Part shown: piece by piece, positions 57,135 to 63,518 of the stretch
Layout: every line of letters starts with the position of its first letter
How positions within the stretch are numbered: the stretch's first letter is position 1
DNA from: a virus
DNA length: 64,000 nucleotides
Reading direction: 5' to 3' (one strand)
Virus record (IMG/VR): IMGVR_UViG_3300009073_000002
Position numbers and translations under genes: made by a program
The notes under the pieces: model-generated
The model's database searches: none
The model's input: only the letters and a program-made list of their open reading frames with translations
Told to the model about the DNA's origin: nothing

Positions 57135-57230
57135 ATCTCTTTCTTACTCTCTCCCTCTCTCTCGTACTCTCTCCTGACTCTCCTTCCATCTCCTGACTCT
57201 GGTACTCACTCTCTCTTCTTGCTCTCTCTC
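57135..57230 (+). repeat. about 95-nt polypyrimidine (CT-rich) tract
   Basis: ctctttcttactctctccctctctctcgtactctctcctgactct..., with TCTCCTGACTCT occurring twice. Confidence 0.8.
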
Positions 57231-57459
57231 AGGAGGTCCTACTTCATCGGGTGGCTCTTGCCGTATGGTTACATTTACTAATACCCCGCGCGACGCCTGG
57301 CACTGACTTGACCGGGGGGTATTCGAAAGTCCGAGAGGACAACCCCCGATATATTATACATGACCCCCAGACCGAGCAATGTGGTTGTTAAAGCATGAAT
57401 GGTAAATAAGTATTATCTTAGTATAGATAATTACTTTTTTAAGATTTGGAAGTCTATGA

Positions 57460-57487
57460 GGTCGGTCCAGGAGGTACCGGCCTTTTT
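57460..57487 (+). terminator. intrinsic terminator
   Basis: GGTCGGTCC...GGTACCGGCC followed by TTTTTA. Confidence 0.5.
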
Positions 57488-57570
57488 ATTGATAAGAATC
57501 AGGGTTTTATTGATCTCCAAGGGTTTCGTTGGATGCAATGGAATGAGGTTGGTATTAACTCATGTTGGTT

Positions 57571-57603
57571 GGGGCAGTCTTTTAGGTTAGACTGCCCCTT
57601 TTT
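57571..57603 (+). terminator. intrinsic terminator
   Basis: GGGGCAGTC...GACTGCCCC (9 bp) followed by TTTTTATTT. Confidence 0.7.
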
Positions 57604-58256
57604 ATTTGGTTATTAGTGTTCATAAATCTTTTTATGTTAGAAAGGTCGTGTTGGAGACTTATTAATTTGGATTCCATAAGCATCACAATCATAGCGCAGA
57701 CATGGAGATCTTTATGTGTTTTAGCTAGTCCATTTAATTGATATCTAGTTCCCTCGACTGAGAGTATAAGAGGTTTGATAGACAATGTAATTTTTTTGCT
57801 AGAATCTGTAATATCTATTGAATGTTTGATCACCTCGTATATATCTAGATCATCTTCTATTCTTTGGCCTACTATTTTGTCTCCAGAGAAGTGTTTTACT
57901 TCAGTTCTGAGTCCGACGTAAGCTTTGTAAGCAAGTATTAAGTCTTTGAACTCTTTATCGATGTCAATTTCGTCGATACCTTGTTCTTTTATTGATACAT
58001 TATCCATTTGGAAGCACATCTTCTCAAATTCTTTATTAGTGAGAACAGAGATCTCAAGATTAGCATCTTTAATGATCCAATCATTTTCATTTAATAGGTT
58101 CATAGTTTCATTCAATCCAATTATTCGAGGATCTTCAGCTAGAGTACATTTGAACCTATACTCTGTTCCTCTTAGGAAATTGTTTATTCTATCGAATTTA
58201 ATAGCTGTTCTTTGCCACTGCATTGCTTCGATTTCTTCTTTTCTTGTGTATTTCAT
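57582..58256 (-). CDS. hypothetical protein
   Basis: The ATG at 58256 lies after the upstream stop at 58270. The track start at 58373 overlaps the upstream gene by about 100 nt. Confidence 0.55.
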   Translation of the reverse strand: MKYTRKEEIEAMQWQRTAIKFDRINNFLRGTEYRFKCTLAEDPRIIGLNETMNLLNENDWIIKDANLEISVLTNKEFEKMCFQMDNVSIKEQGIDEIDIDKEFKDLILAYKAYVGLRTEVKHFSGDKIVGQRIEDDLDIYEVIKHSIDITDSSKKITLSIKPLILSVEGTRYQLNGLAKTHKDLHVCAMIVMLMESKLISLQHDLSNIKRFMNTNNQIKRGSLT

Positions 58257-58269
58257 AGATCGTTGTGTT

Positions 58270-59304
58270 TTAGTATGAGAAATTAGGTGTGATATTGATA
58301 TTGTAGTTGTGTTTAAAGAAAGCCTTAGTAGCTTTTTTGGAAGAGTAGTCTTTATCGGAGCAGACAATGCCATTTTCCATGTAAGAGCAGAATAGGCATC
58401 CTAGGATCTTTTTATCTTGAATAAAGGTTCCGGCTAGAGGTTGTTCGGAAGCACATTGAGGGCAGAAGCCTTTGATTCTAGTAGGATCTGATATACGACC
58501 ACCTGCGTAGTAGTTTATAGTATCAGGACAGATAACAAAATGGTTTTCATCTGGGATGTTTGATACTTCCGAGAGATCGAGGTTAAAATAGATCATAGAA
58601 TCCCTCATAGGCATAGCAGGGAATAGATATCCTGGTGTTTTGAGTTCATGAGTACACTTTTGATCTTTCTTGTTGATATTTTGTGTGATTTGCTTGAATC
58701 CATGGTCAAGCATGATTATTTTTAGTCTAGTGGCCATAGCATCGTTGTAGCCGTATATTTTATCGAAATAAATCTGTCTAGAGTCCTTATCTATCCAAGT
58801 AAGGCTTCTGGCAAGTAGCACTTCGCCGCGTTTCACCCTTTTAGAGATACAAGCAGCAGTGATCATCTGTCTATCGTACCAGTTAGCAGAATCTATTTTA
58901 GCCTGACTCTCTACCATGCAAGTCCATAATCCATTTTTATTATGCTGTCTGTATTTGTAGAAGTTTTGAGGTCTAAAGAGATAAGAAGGGCTATTAGTGT
59001 AGAAGTAATCGATATTAGTAAGCGAGCAAGCTTTGATTATGTCCAGAGCCTTGTTAGTAGTAAGAGAAGAGTATTTACCTACTCTGGCGATGAGTTTACC
59101 CGGCTTTACCTTACGATTATGCTTATCTAGCAGCATAGGAGAGCCAGGAATAGACTTTAGCGGTTGTTTTCGCATAATCTTAGCCAAAGGAGCTGAAAGT
59201 CGCTTCACGGAGCTTAAATCGTGCATTCCAAGGGTCTCTTGGTACTTAGAAATAGGGGAATAGAAGATAGAATCTTGTATAGATCGTCGCTTAAATCGTT
59301 GCAT
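58270..59304 (-). CDS. hypothetical protein (344 aa, C-terminal Cys cluster)
   Basis: Long ORF. CPQCASE...CLFC. Confidence 0.65.
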   Translation of the reverse strand: MQRFKRRSIQDSIFYSPISKYQETLGMHDLSSVKRLSAPLAKIMRKQPLKSIPGSPMLLDKHNRKVKPGKLIARVGKYSSLTTNKALDIIKACSLTNIDYFYTNSPSYLFRPQNFYKYRQHNKNGLWTCMVESQAKIDSANWYDRQMITAACISKRVKRGEVLLARSLTWIDKDSRQIYFDKIYGYNDAMATRLKIIMLDHGFKQITQNINKKDQKCTHELKTPGYLFPAMPMRDSMIYFNLDLSEVSNIPDENHFVICPDTINYYAGGRISDPTRIKGFCPQCASEQPLAGTFIQDKKILGCLFCSYMENGIVCSDKDYSSKKATKAFFKHNYNINITPNFSY

Positions 59305-59351
59305 AATGTAAAATTAAAGAAATTTATTATGTATTAGTTGAAAAATTGTCT

Positions 59352-59359
59352 TAGATTTG
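59352..59359 (+). promoter_or_regulatory. -7 box TAGATTTG upstream of the plus-strand tRNA cluster leader
   Basis: Matches TAnnTTTG. Confidence 0.4.
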
Positions 59360-59495
59360 TTTCGAATTAAGAAGTTAGCAATAGACAATACATTAAAGTG
59401 AAAACAAAAATTCAACAAAGGCATCCTCGCAACTATCACACTCGTGATGGAGTAGACGCTATTTGACCTTTTGTAAAGAACTATTAGTGTAGATG

Positions 59496-59530
59496 CCCCT
59501 CATGAGTGAAAGCTTATGAGGGGTTTTTTT
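59496..59530 (+). terminator. intrinsic terminator immediately upstream of tRNA-Pro
   Basis: CCCCTCAT...ATGAGGGG followed by T7. Confidence 0.7.
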
Positions 59531-59544
59531 ATTTTGATCAATAT

Positions 59545-59617
59545 AGGGATGTAGCTTAGTGGCCAGAGCGCGTATTTTGGGAATACGAAGGCGAGTGTTC
59601 AAATCACTCCATCCCTA
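59545..59617 (+). tRNA. tRNA-Pro (UGG); CCA encoded at 59618..59620
   Basis: Manual cloverleaf: acceptor AGGGATG/CATCCCT, anticodon loop TTTGGGA, T-arm GAGTG-TTCAAAT-CACTC. Confidence 0.85.
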
Positions 59618-59625
59618 CCAATTAT

Positions 59626-59699
59626 GGTAGCCTTGTGCTGTTTTGCAATGCAGCCGGACTGTGGATCTGGTGCGACGGGTTGGATTCCCGAGGTTTACC
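59626..59699 (+). tRNA. tRNA-His (GUG) with encoded G-1; atypical D and T loops
   Basis: Anticodon arm CCGGA-CTGTGGA-TCTGG. G-1 lies opposite C73. One acceptor mismatch. The D loop lacks GG and the T loop is TTGGATT. Confidence 0.55.
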
Positions 59700-59706
59700 C
59701 AATAAT

Positions 59707-59779
59707 AGCCATGTAGCTCAACTGGCAGAGCGCTTCCCTACGAAGGAAGGGGTTGGGAGTTCGACTCTCTCCATGGTTA
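59707..59779 (+). tRNA. tRNA-Arg (ACG)
   Basis: Acceptor AGCCATG/CATGGTT, anticodon loop CTACGAA, T-arm GGGAG-TTCGACT-CTCTC. Confidence 0.85.
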
Positions 59780-59823
59780 CTAAAATTTTAAAAATCGACG
59801 GCGCTTCGCGCCTAGATACACAT

Positions 59824-59903
59824 GGTCAGGTAGCCACCCTCCTCTTCTAAAGGAGTAAGTGTAATTGGAGCTGAAAATCGGGGTTCGAATCCCTGTCTGA
59901 TCA
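59824..59903 (+). tRNA. atypical tRNA-like gene, anticodon-like loop UCU (Arg)
   Basis: 7-bp acceptor GGTCAGG/TCTGATC and T-arm CGGGG-TTCGAAT-CCCTG. The hairpin CTCCT-CTTCTAA-AGGAG starts only 8 nt after the acceptor strand and is followed by 23 nt. Confidence 0.4.
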
Positions 59904-59928
59904 CTATTAAATAATAAATTTATTATTG

Positions 59929-59936
59929 TATATTTG
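59929..59936 (+). promoter_or_regulatory. -7 box TATATTTG
   Basis: 17 nt upstream of the ATG at 59954. Confidence 0.45.
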
Positions 59937-59953
59937 TAAAAAATATATTAATT

Positions 59954-60220
59954 ATGACAGCATCGGAATTGTTAAATAAAGTACTGACTAAAGTATTTGC
60001 ACTTCAATCTTTATCTGGTAAAATCAGGATAAAGACTGAAGAAAATAAAATGCAAGAACTAAATCTGTTTATTGTCTACTCTAATCATCCTGTTCAGTAT
60101 AACAATAAAATAAGTATTCTGAATTCTGATGATCATGATCTTGAAGAAATTTGGGAACAATTCAAAGAAGATGTTGATACCAATATAAGAGCAATTGATC
60201 ATATCGTTAATATGCCTTAA
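59954..60220 (+). CDS. hypothetical protein
   Basis: 88-aa ORF between tRNA genes. Confidence 0.55.
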   Translation: MTASELLNKVLTKVFALQSLSGKIRIKTEENKMQELNLFIVYSNHPVQYNNKISILNSDDHDLEEIWEQFKEDVDTNIRAIDHIVNMP

Positions 60221-60229
60221 ATTACACAA

Positions 60230-60302
60230 TGATGGTTAGCATAACTGGTTAGTGCATCGGGTTTTGGTCCCGAGGGATGGAGTTCGAGTCTCCGACCGTC
60301 AT
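60230..60302 (+). tRNA. tRNA-Gln (UUG)
   Basis: Acceptor TGATGGT/ACCGTCA, anticodon loop TTTTGGT, T-arm TGGAG-TTCGAGT-CTCCG. Confidence 0.85.
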
Positions 60303-60317
60303 CTAAATTACTGTTTT

Positions 60318-60614
60318 ATGAATGATACAAACATACCTGGTCCTTCCTTTACGGACTTTCTATATGCTGATATACCTACATTTACATCAGGTGAAGGTGT
60401 AGATACTCTTGAATATTTCAAACCTATCATACCAGATCCTGGTCCTAGACAGTTTAATTTATTTGTAGGCACCGAAGGATTCTTTCTTATTAGTGACGGG
60501 TTTAAAGATGAAAGAGATCGATCAGAACGTAAACACTGGCTAGCTCAAAGAATAGCTTACAGGAACCTGATCGATGGTAGAGAATATTACTCACGATTTA
60601 ATAGCCCAGTATGA
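60318..60614 (+). CDS. hypothetical protein
   Basis: ATG at 60318. The longer track ORF (60252) would overlap tRNA-Gln. Confidence 0.55.
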   Translation: MNDTNIPGPSFTDFLYADIPTFTSGEGVDTLEYFKPIIPDPGPRQFNLFVGTEGFFLISDGFKDERDRSERKHWLAQRIAYRNLIDGREYYSRFNSPV

Positions 60615-60784
60615 GAAGATTTATAGGTCAGGAGATAGATGTCGGATCATTCTATACTTTAAGATACAGGTGGGTTTACCTGCCAAATGAGGCCTACATC
60701 GAAGTTCCGCGGCAAATCCGACCATCAGTGCACTCAAACAAACAAAACATCCTCTACAGCGGCCAAAAACTACTTATCCGATGA
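60611..60784 (+). CDS. small hypothetical protein (57 aa)
   Basis: Read manually. ATGA overlap with the upstream stop. Confidence 0.4.
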   Translation: MRRFIGQEIDVGSFYTLRYRWVYLPNEAYIEVPRQIRPSVHSNKQNILYSGQKLLIR

Positions 60785-60906
60785 ATAAATACTACAAACA
60801 AGCTATTATTGAAAGATATCAAAGCCACAATGGATGCTTATCATGCTTTATATTTATTATCTGGATTTTAGTAATGCTTATTGCATTGATACTTTCTTAC
60901 TCATGA
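60781..60906 (+). CDS. small membrane protein (41 aa)
   Basis: Read manually. ATGA overlap. TM segment FIFIIWILVMLIALIL. Confidence 0.35.
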   Translation: MNKYYKQAIIERYQSHNGCLSCFIFIIWILVMLIALILSYS

Positions 60907-61151
60907 AAAAACAAGAAATAAATCCAAGCACCAATAAATAAAAGTACAGGTATAAAACCAAAAATGAAATAACGAAATTTTCTATAGTATATCATTTTCT
61001 TCTCCTTTATTATAAGCTGATCATAATAGTAGTTAATAGCTTTGGGAATAGAACTACTCCAATAACCAAATGATATAGAAGATTCCTCGTAGTGCTCGAG
61101 AGCTCTTTTCCTCAAATCTTCTAGTGGTGTTTGTGCTGCTTGATTATCCAT
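60897..61151 (-). CDS. tail-anchored membrane protein
   Basis: C-terminal TM segment FIFGFIPVLLFIGAWIYFLFF. Confidence 0.55.
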   Translation of the reverse strand: MDNQAAQTPLEDLRKRALEHYEESSISFGYWSSSIPKAINYYYDQLIIKEKKMIYYRKFRYFIFGFIPVLLFIGAWIYFLFFHE

Positions 61152-61590
61152 TGTCTAATTTTATTTTAGCATCTATTTCTAAACCAATTATATCATGCAA
61201 CTCTTTCCTCAGATTCTTAGCTGTCTTTTCTGCTTCCAGTATCCCAGATATCAATTTCTTATGTCTTAATTTAGGATCGTGAATCCTTTTATCTCTAGGC
61301 TTGCTAATTGCAACCGAAGCCAAATCAAAACCTAAATTAGCTATTGCAACATTCAAATCATCTAGATATAAATCTCTAGGAAAACCAAATGCATTTCCAT
61401 CAGTTAATTGCTTGAAAATAATCATTTGAGGAACTGGATTGATTTCATGCTGTTCGCAGATTATTTTAGCCTCTTCTAAGCTTTGCTTGCTGTATCCAAC
61501 ATAAGTGCCTCCAGTCCTAGAAGCACATTTTAAAAGATGTATGGTTTTACCACTTCTTCTTGATTTATATAGTATTTGTACATTATTCAT
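61144..61590 (-). CDS. mini P-loop NTPase, paralog of 38919..39491
   Basis: Walker A KSRRSGKT; Walker B-like LYLDDL. Confidence 0.6.
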   Translation of the reverse strand: MNNVQILYKSRRSGKTIHLLKCASRTGGTYVGYSKQSLEEAKIICEQHEINPVPQMIIFKQLTDGNAFGFPRDLYLDDLNVAIANLGFDLASVAISKPRDKRIHDPKLRHKKLISGILEAEKTAKNLRKELHDIIGLEIDAKIKLDNG

Positions 61591-61771
61591 TTTTTGATTT
61601 TATTTGTTCTTTAAGCCATAAAAAAGCTATTTCTTTTGATTCAAAATCAGAGCTTGCATCTGATACATATACACCAACTCTTTGTTTAGTGCTTTTAGCT
61701 ATAAATGATACATAATGCTCTGTTCCATTATGCTCTACCTCTGTTAATTCTATAAATCTATCTAAAGTCAT
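61583..61771 (-). CDS. hypothetical protein
   Basis: 62-aa ORF. A TATATTTG box ends 4 nt before the ATG, so the mRNA may be leaderless. Confidence 0.5.
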   Translation of the reverse strand: MTLDRFIELTEVEHNGTEHYVSFIAKSTKQRVGVYVSDASSDFESKEIAFLWLKEQIKSKNE

Positions 61772-61801
61772 AAATCAAATATACAAAAAATTTTTATTTA
61801 G

Positions 61802-61876
61802 TACACCAGGTGGGCTACGATCCCACGATCCCTCGATTAAAAGTCGAGTACTTTAGTCCAACTAAGCTACTGGTGC
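61802..61876 (-). tRNA. tRNA-Lys (UUU), unusual T loop
   Basis: Acceptor GCACCAG/CTGGTGT, anticodon loop CTTTTAA, T-arm GTGGG-ATCGTAG-CCCAC. Confidence 0.7.
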
Positions 61877-61881
61877 ATTGG

Positions 61882-61954
61882 AGAACGTAGACGGGCTCGA
61901 ACCGTCGTATCCGGATTTGCAGTCCGGCGCCTATGCCATCTCAGCCATACGTTC
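61882..61954 (-). tRNA. tRNA-Cys (GCA); CCA encoded
   Basis: Acceptor GAACGTA/TACGTTC, anticodon loop CTGCAAA, T-arm GACGG-TTCGAGC-CCGTC. Confidence 0.85.
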
Positions 61955-61959
61955 ATTAG

Positions 61960-62027
61960 CACAGGATGAATGAGTCGAACACTCTCGTAAGGGTTTGGAA
62001 TCCTTTTAGCTCCACAGCCTATCCTGC
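61960..62027 (-). tRNA. tRNA-Trp (CCA), short D arm
   Basis: Acceptor GCAGGAT/ATCCTGT, anticodon loop TTCCAAA, T-arm GAGTG-TTCGACT-CATTC. 68 nt. Confidence 0.65.
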
Positions 62028-62033
62028 ATAAAT

Positions 62034-62113
62034 GATTGATCCTCGGATTCGAACCGACCTCTGCCATTGCCACTCACTTTTCAGCGCGGGAGGAATCGAA
62101 CCTCAAAATCAAT
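62034..62113 (-). tRNA. degenerate/atypical tRNA-like element (no assignable anticodon arm)
   Basis: Acceptor ATTGATT/GATCAAT, a 3' T-arm GTCGG-TTCGAAT-CCGAG, and a second T-arm-like hairpin GAGG-TTCGATT-CCTC where the D arm should be. Confidence 0.3.
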
Positions 62114-62118
62114 CATAG

Positions 62119-62190
62119 CGACAATGGACAGATTCGAACTGCCGTCCTCGGAACTTCACCCCGATGCTAAGCCACCTCAGCTACATTGTC
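62119..62190 (-). tRNA. tRNA-Phe (GAA)
   Basis: Acceptor GACAATG/CATTGTC, anticodon loop GTGAAGT, T-arm GGCAG-TTCGAAT-CTGTC. Confidence 0.85.
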
Positions 62191-62193
62191 AAA

Positions 62194-62230
62194 TAAAAAA
62201 AGCCTCGCAAAATTAATTACGAGGCTTTTT
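62194..62230. terminator. bidirectional terminator hairpin (stronger on the minus strand)
   Basis: A7-AGCCTCG...CGAGGCT-T5. Confidence 0.65.
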
Positions 62231-62316
62231 CATATGATCTAATCACATAGGTTTAGCAATCTCGCAATTCATGCAAAGAGAAACAAAACCATTTTTTTGT
62301 AATTAAAATCATAATG

Positions 62317-62336
62317 CAAATATAGTGTTATATTTG
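62317..62336. promoter_or_regulatory. divergent pair of TATATTTG -7 boxes
   Basis: CAAATATA (minus strand, 62317..62324) and TATATTTG (plus strand, 62329..62336). Confidence 0.45.
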
Positions 62337-62348
62337 TTAAAAAATAAC

Positions 62349-62675
62349 ATGATATCAAAACTTTCTTCAGAAGTAATCGATTTCGTAGCTAAAGTAGAAG
62401 CCAAATATCTTGAATACATGCAGGAGAGATTCCCTAATAATCGTATTGAGGAATTTGAAGTAACTGAAAACAAAAAGTACGTTAAGGTTATTCAATCAGG
62501 TGCCTTCTGCTTTATCAATAGAGAAAATGGGGATATCTATATGGCTAAAACATTTAGTTCTCCATCATTAAAAAATCCTCGAGGTAATTTATTCTCTAAA
62601 CAACTGGGAATGGAAGCGATATCTGAAAGATCTGCAGGAGGTAGAATCCATCCCCATATTAGGTATCTAAGATAA
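62349..62675 (+). CDS. hypothetical protein
   Basis: ATG at 62349, 12 nt after the -7 box. The track start at 62325 lies inside the promoter. Confidence 0.55.
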   Translation: MISKLSSEVIDFVAKVEAKYLEYMQERFPNNRIEEFEVTENKKYVKVIQSGAFCFINRENGDIYMAKTFSSPSLKNPRGNLFSKQLGMEAISERSAGGRIHPHIRYLR

Positions 62676-62679
62676 AAAG

Positions 62680-62750
62680 CGGGCCATCCCGGGCTCGAAC
62701 CGAGGATAACGGAGAGACAGTCCGTCGTATTACCACTATACTAATGGCCC
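62680..62750 (-). tRNA. tRNA-Asp (GUC)
   Basis: Acceptor GGGCCAT/ATGGCCC, anticodon loop CTGTCTC (U at position 37), T-arm CTCGG-TTCGAGC-CCGGG. Confidence 0.8.
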
Positions 62751-62754
62751 ATTG

Positions 62755-62828
62755 AGCCTAAGCAGGGATTCGAACCCCGGACATCTTCATTACAAATGAA
62801 GCGCTCTGACCAGCTGAGCTACTTAGGC
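62755..62828 (-). tRNA. tRNA-Thr (UGU)
   Basis: Acceptor GCCTAAG/CTTAGGC, anticodon loop TTTGTAA, T-arm CGGGG-TTCGAAT-CCCTG. Confidence 0.9.
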
Positions 62829-63265
62829 AAGTTTTTATTTAAATGAGACATTTTACCTCCACATCTTCGGCTACATGTAGGTGTTTTTCCCATTGATAGT
62901 TTATGATTTATATTTTTACAGTCTTTTGAAAATTCATTTTTACAAATTGGACAAATTAAGGTTATCATTGTTTTAGATTTCCCAATATGCTTATTGTGCT
63001 TCACTATATTCTCTTTTCTGGAAAGGATTTGAAGATTTGATATAGAATCATTCATTTTATTTTCATCTATATGATCTACATGCTCTTCTGGCCTTAAATA
63101 CCTTCTTACATGACAACTCATTATATATCTAGCATATGAAGTCGAAGTTTTTGTCCCATCTCTCCGAACCAATGCGACAACTCTTCTTGGTTCTTTGTTT
63201 GTATTTACATATCCTGCGATGTAATCTTTATAATATGGCCATCTTAATACTATTTTTGTTGACAT
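62819..63265 (-). CDS. HNH homing-type endonuclease
   Basis: EHVDHIDENKMNDSISNLQILSRKEN (H-N-H) plus a C-terminal CPIC...CSRRC zinc motif. Embedded in the tRNA array. Confidence 0.8.
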   Translation of the reverse strand: MSTKIVLRWPYYKDYIAGYVNTNKEPRRVVALVRRDGTKTSTSYARYIMSCHVRRYLRPEEHVDHIDENKMNDSISNLQILSRKENIVKHNKHIGKSKTMITLICPICKNEFSKDCKNINHKLSMGKTPTCSRRCGGKMSHLNKNLPK

Positions 63266-63285
63266 ATAAATTTATTTACTTAATG

Positions 63286-63362
63286 TATCTGCGGAGAGAC
63301 TTGAACTCTCATGTGACCAATTACGCTTTCGACAAGATATAAGCTTGAGGCGATACGCAGAC
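63286..63362 (-). tRNA. atypical tRNA-like gene, anticodon-like loop UAU (Ile)
   Basis: Acceptor GTCTGCG/CGCAGAT and T-arm GAGAG-TTCAAGT-CTCTC. The hairpin CAAG-CTTATAT-CTTG starts 8 nt after the acceptor strand and is followed by 22 nt. Confidence 0.4.
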
Positions 63363-63374
63363 AATATAACATTG

Positions 63375-63445
63375 TAGTTCTGGCAGGACTTGAACCTGCG
63401 TCCATGGTATGTAACACCACTGCTCGGCCACTGAGCTACAGAACT
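63375..63445 (-). tRNA. tRNA-Val (UAC)
   Basis: Acceptor AGTTCTG/CAGAACT, anticodon loop GTTACAT, T-arm GCAGG-TTCAAGT-CCTGC. Confidence 0.85.
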
Positions 63446-63518
63446 AGAGCCGCTTTCATTTATAACGCGCCAACGTCACCTTCTAAAAAGGCAGGTCATT
63501 ACAAGCGGGACCTGTTTG

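Larger units (their letters stand above)
57236..57603 (+). ncRNA. structured RNA candidate(s) on the strand opposite the flanking genes
   Basis: AATACCCC...GGGGTATT stem (57280..57323) and a GAGA-capped hairpin GTCC-GAGA-GGAC (57329..57340). Two plus-strand terminators lie at 57460..57487 and 57571..57603. Confidence 0.4.

Noticed and set aside
57399-57590. 63-aa plus-strand ORF in the non-coding island
   Set aside because: It spans two terminator hairpins, has no conserved upstream motif, and has an odd composition. The region is more likely to be transcribed as non-coding RNA.
59635-59850. ORFs that overlap tRNA genes (59635..59850 +, 61867..62073 -, and the first 22 codons of 60252..60614)
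   Set aside because: They run through well-formed tRNA genes and have GC-rich, tRNA-derived codon content, so they are artefacts of ORF calling.
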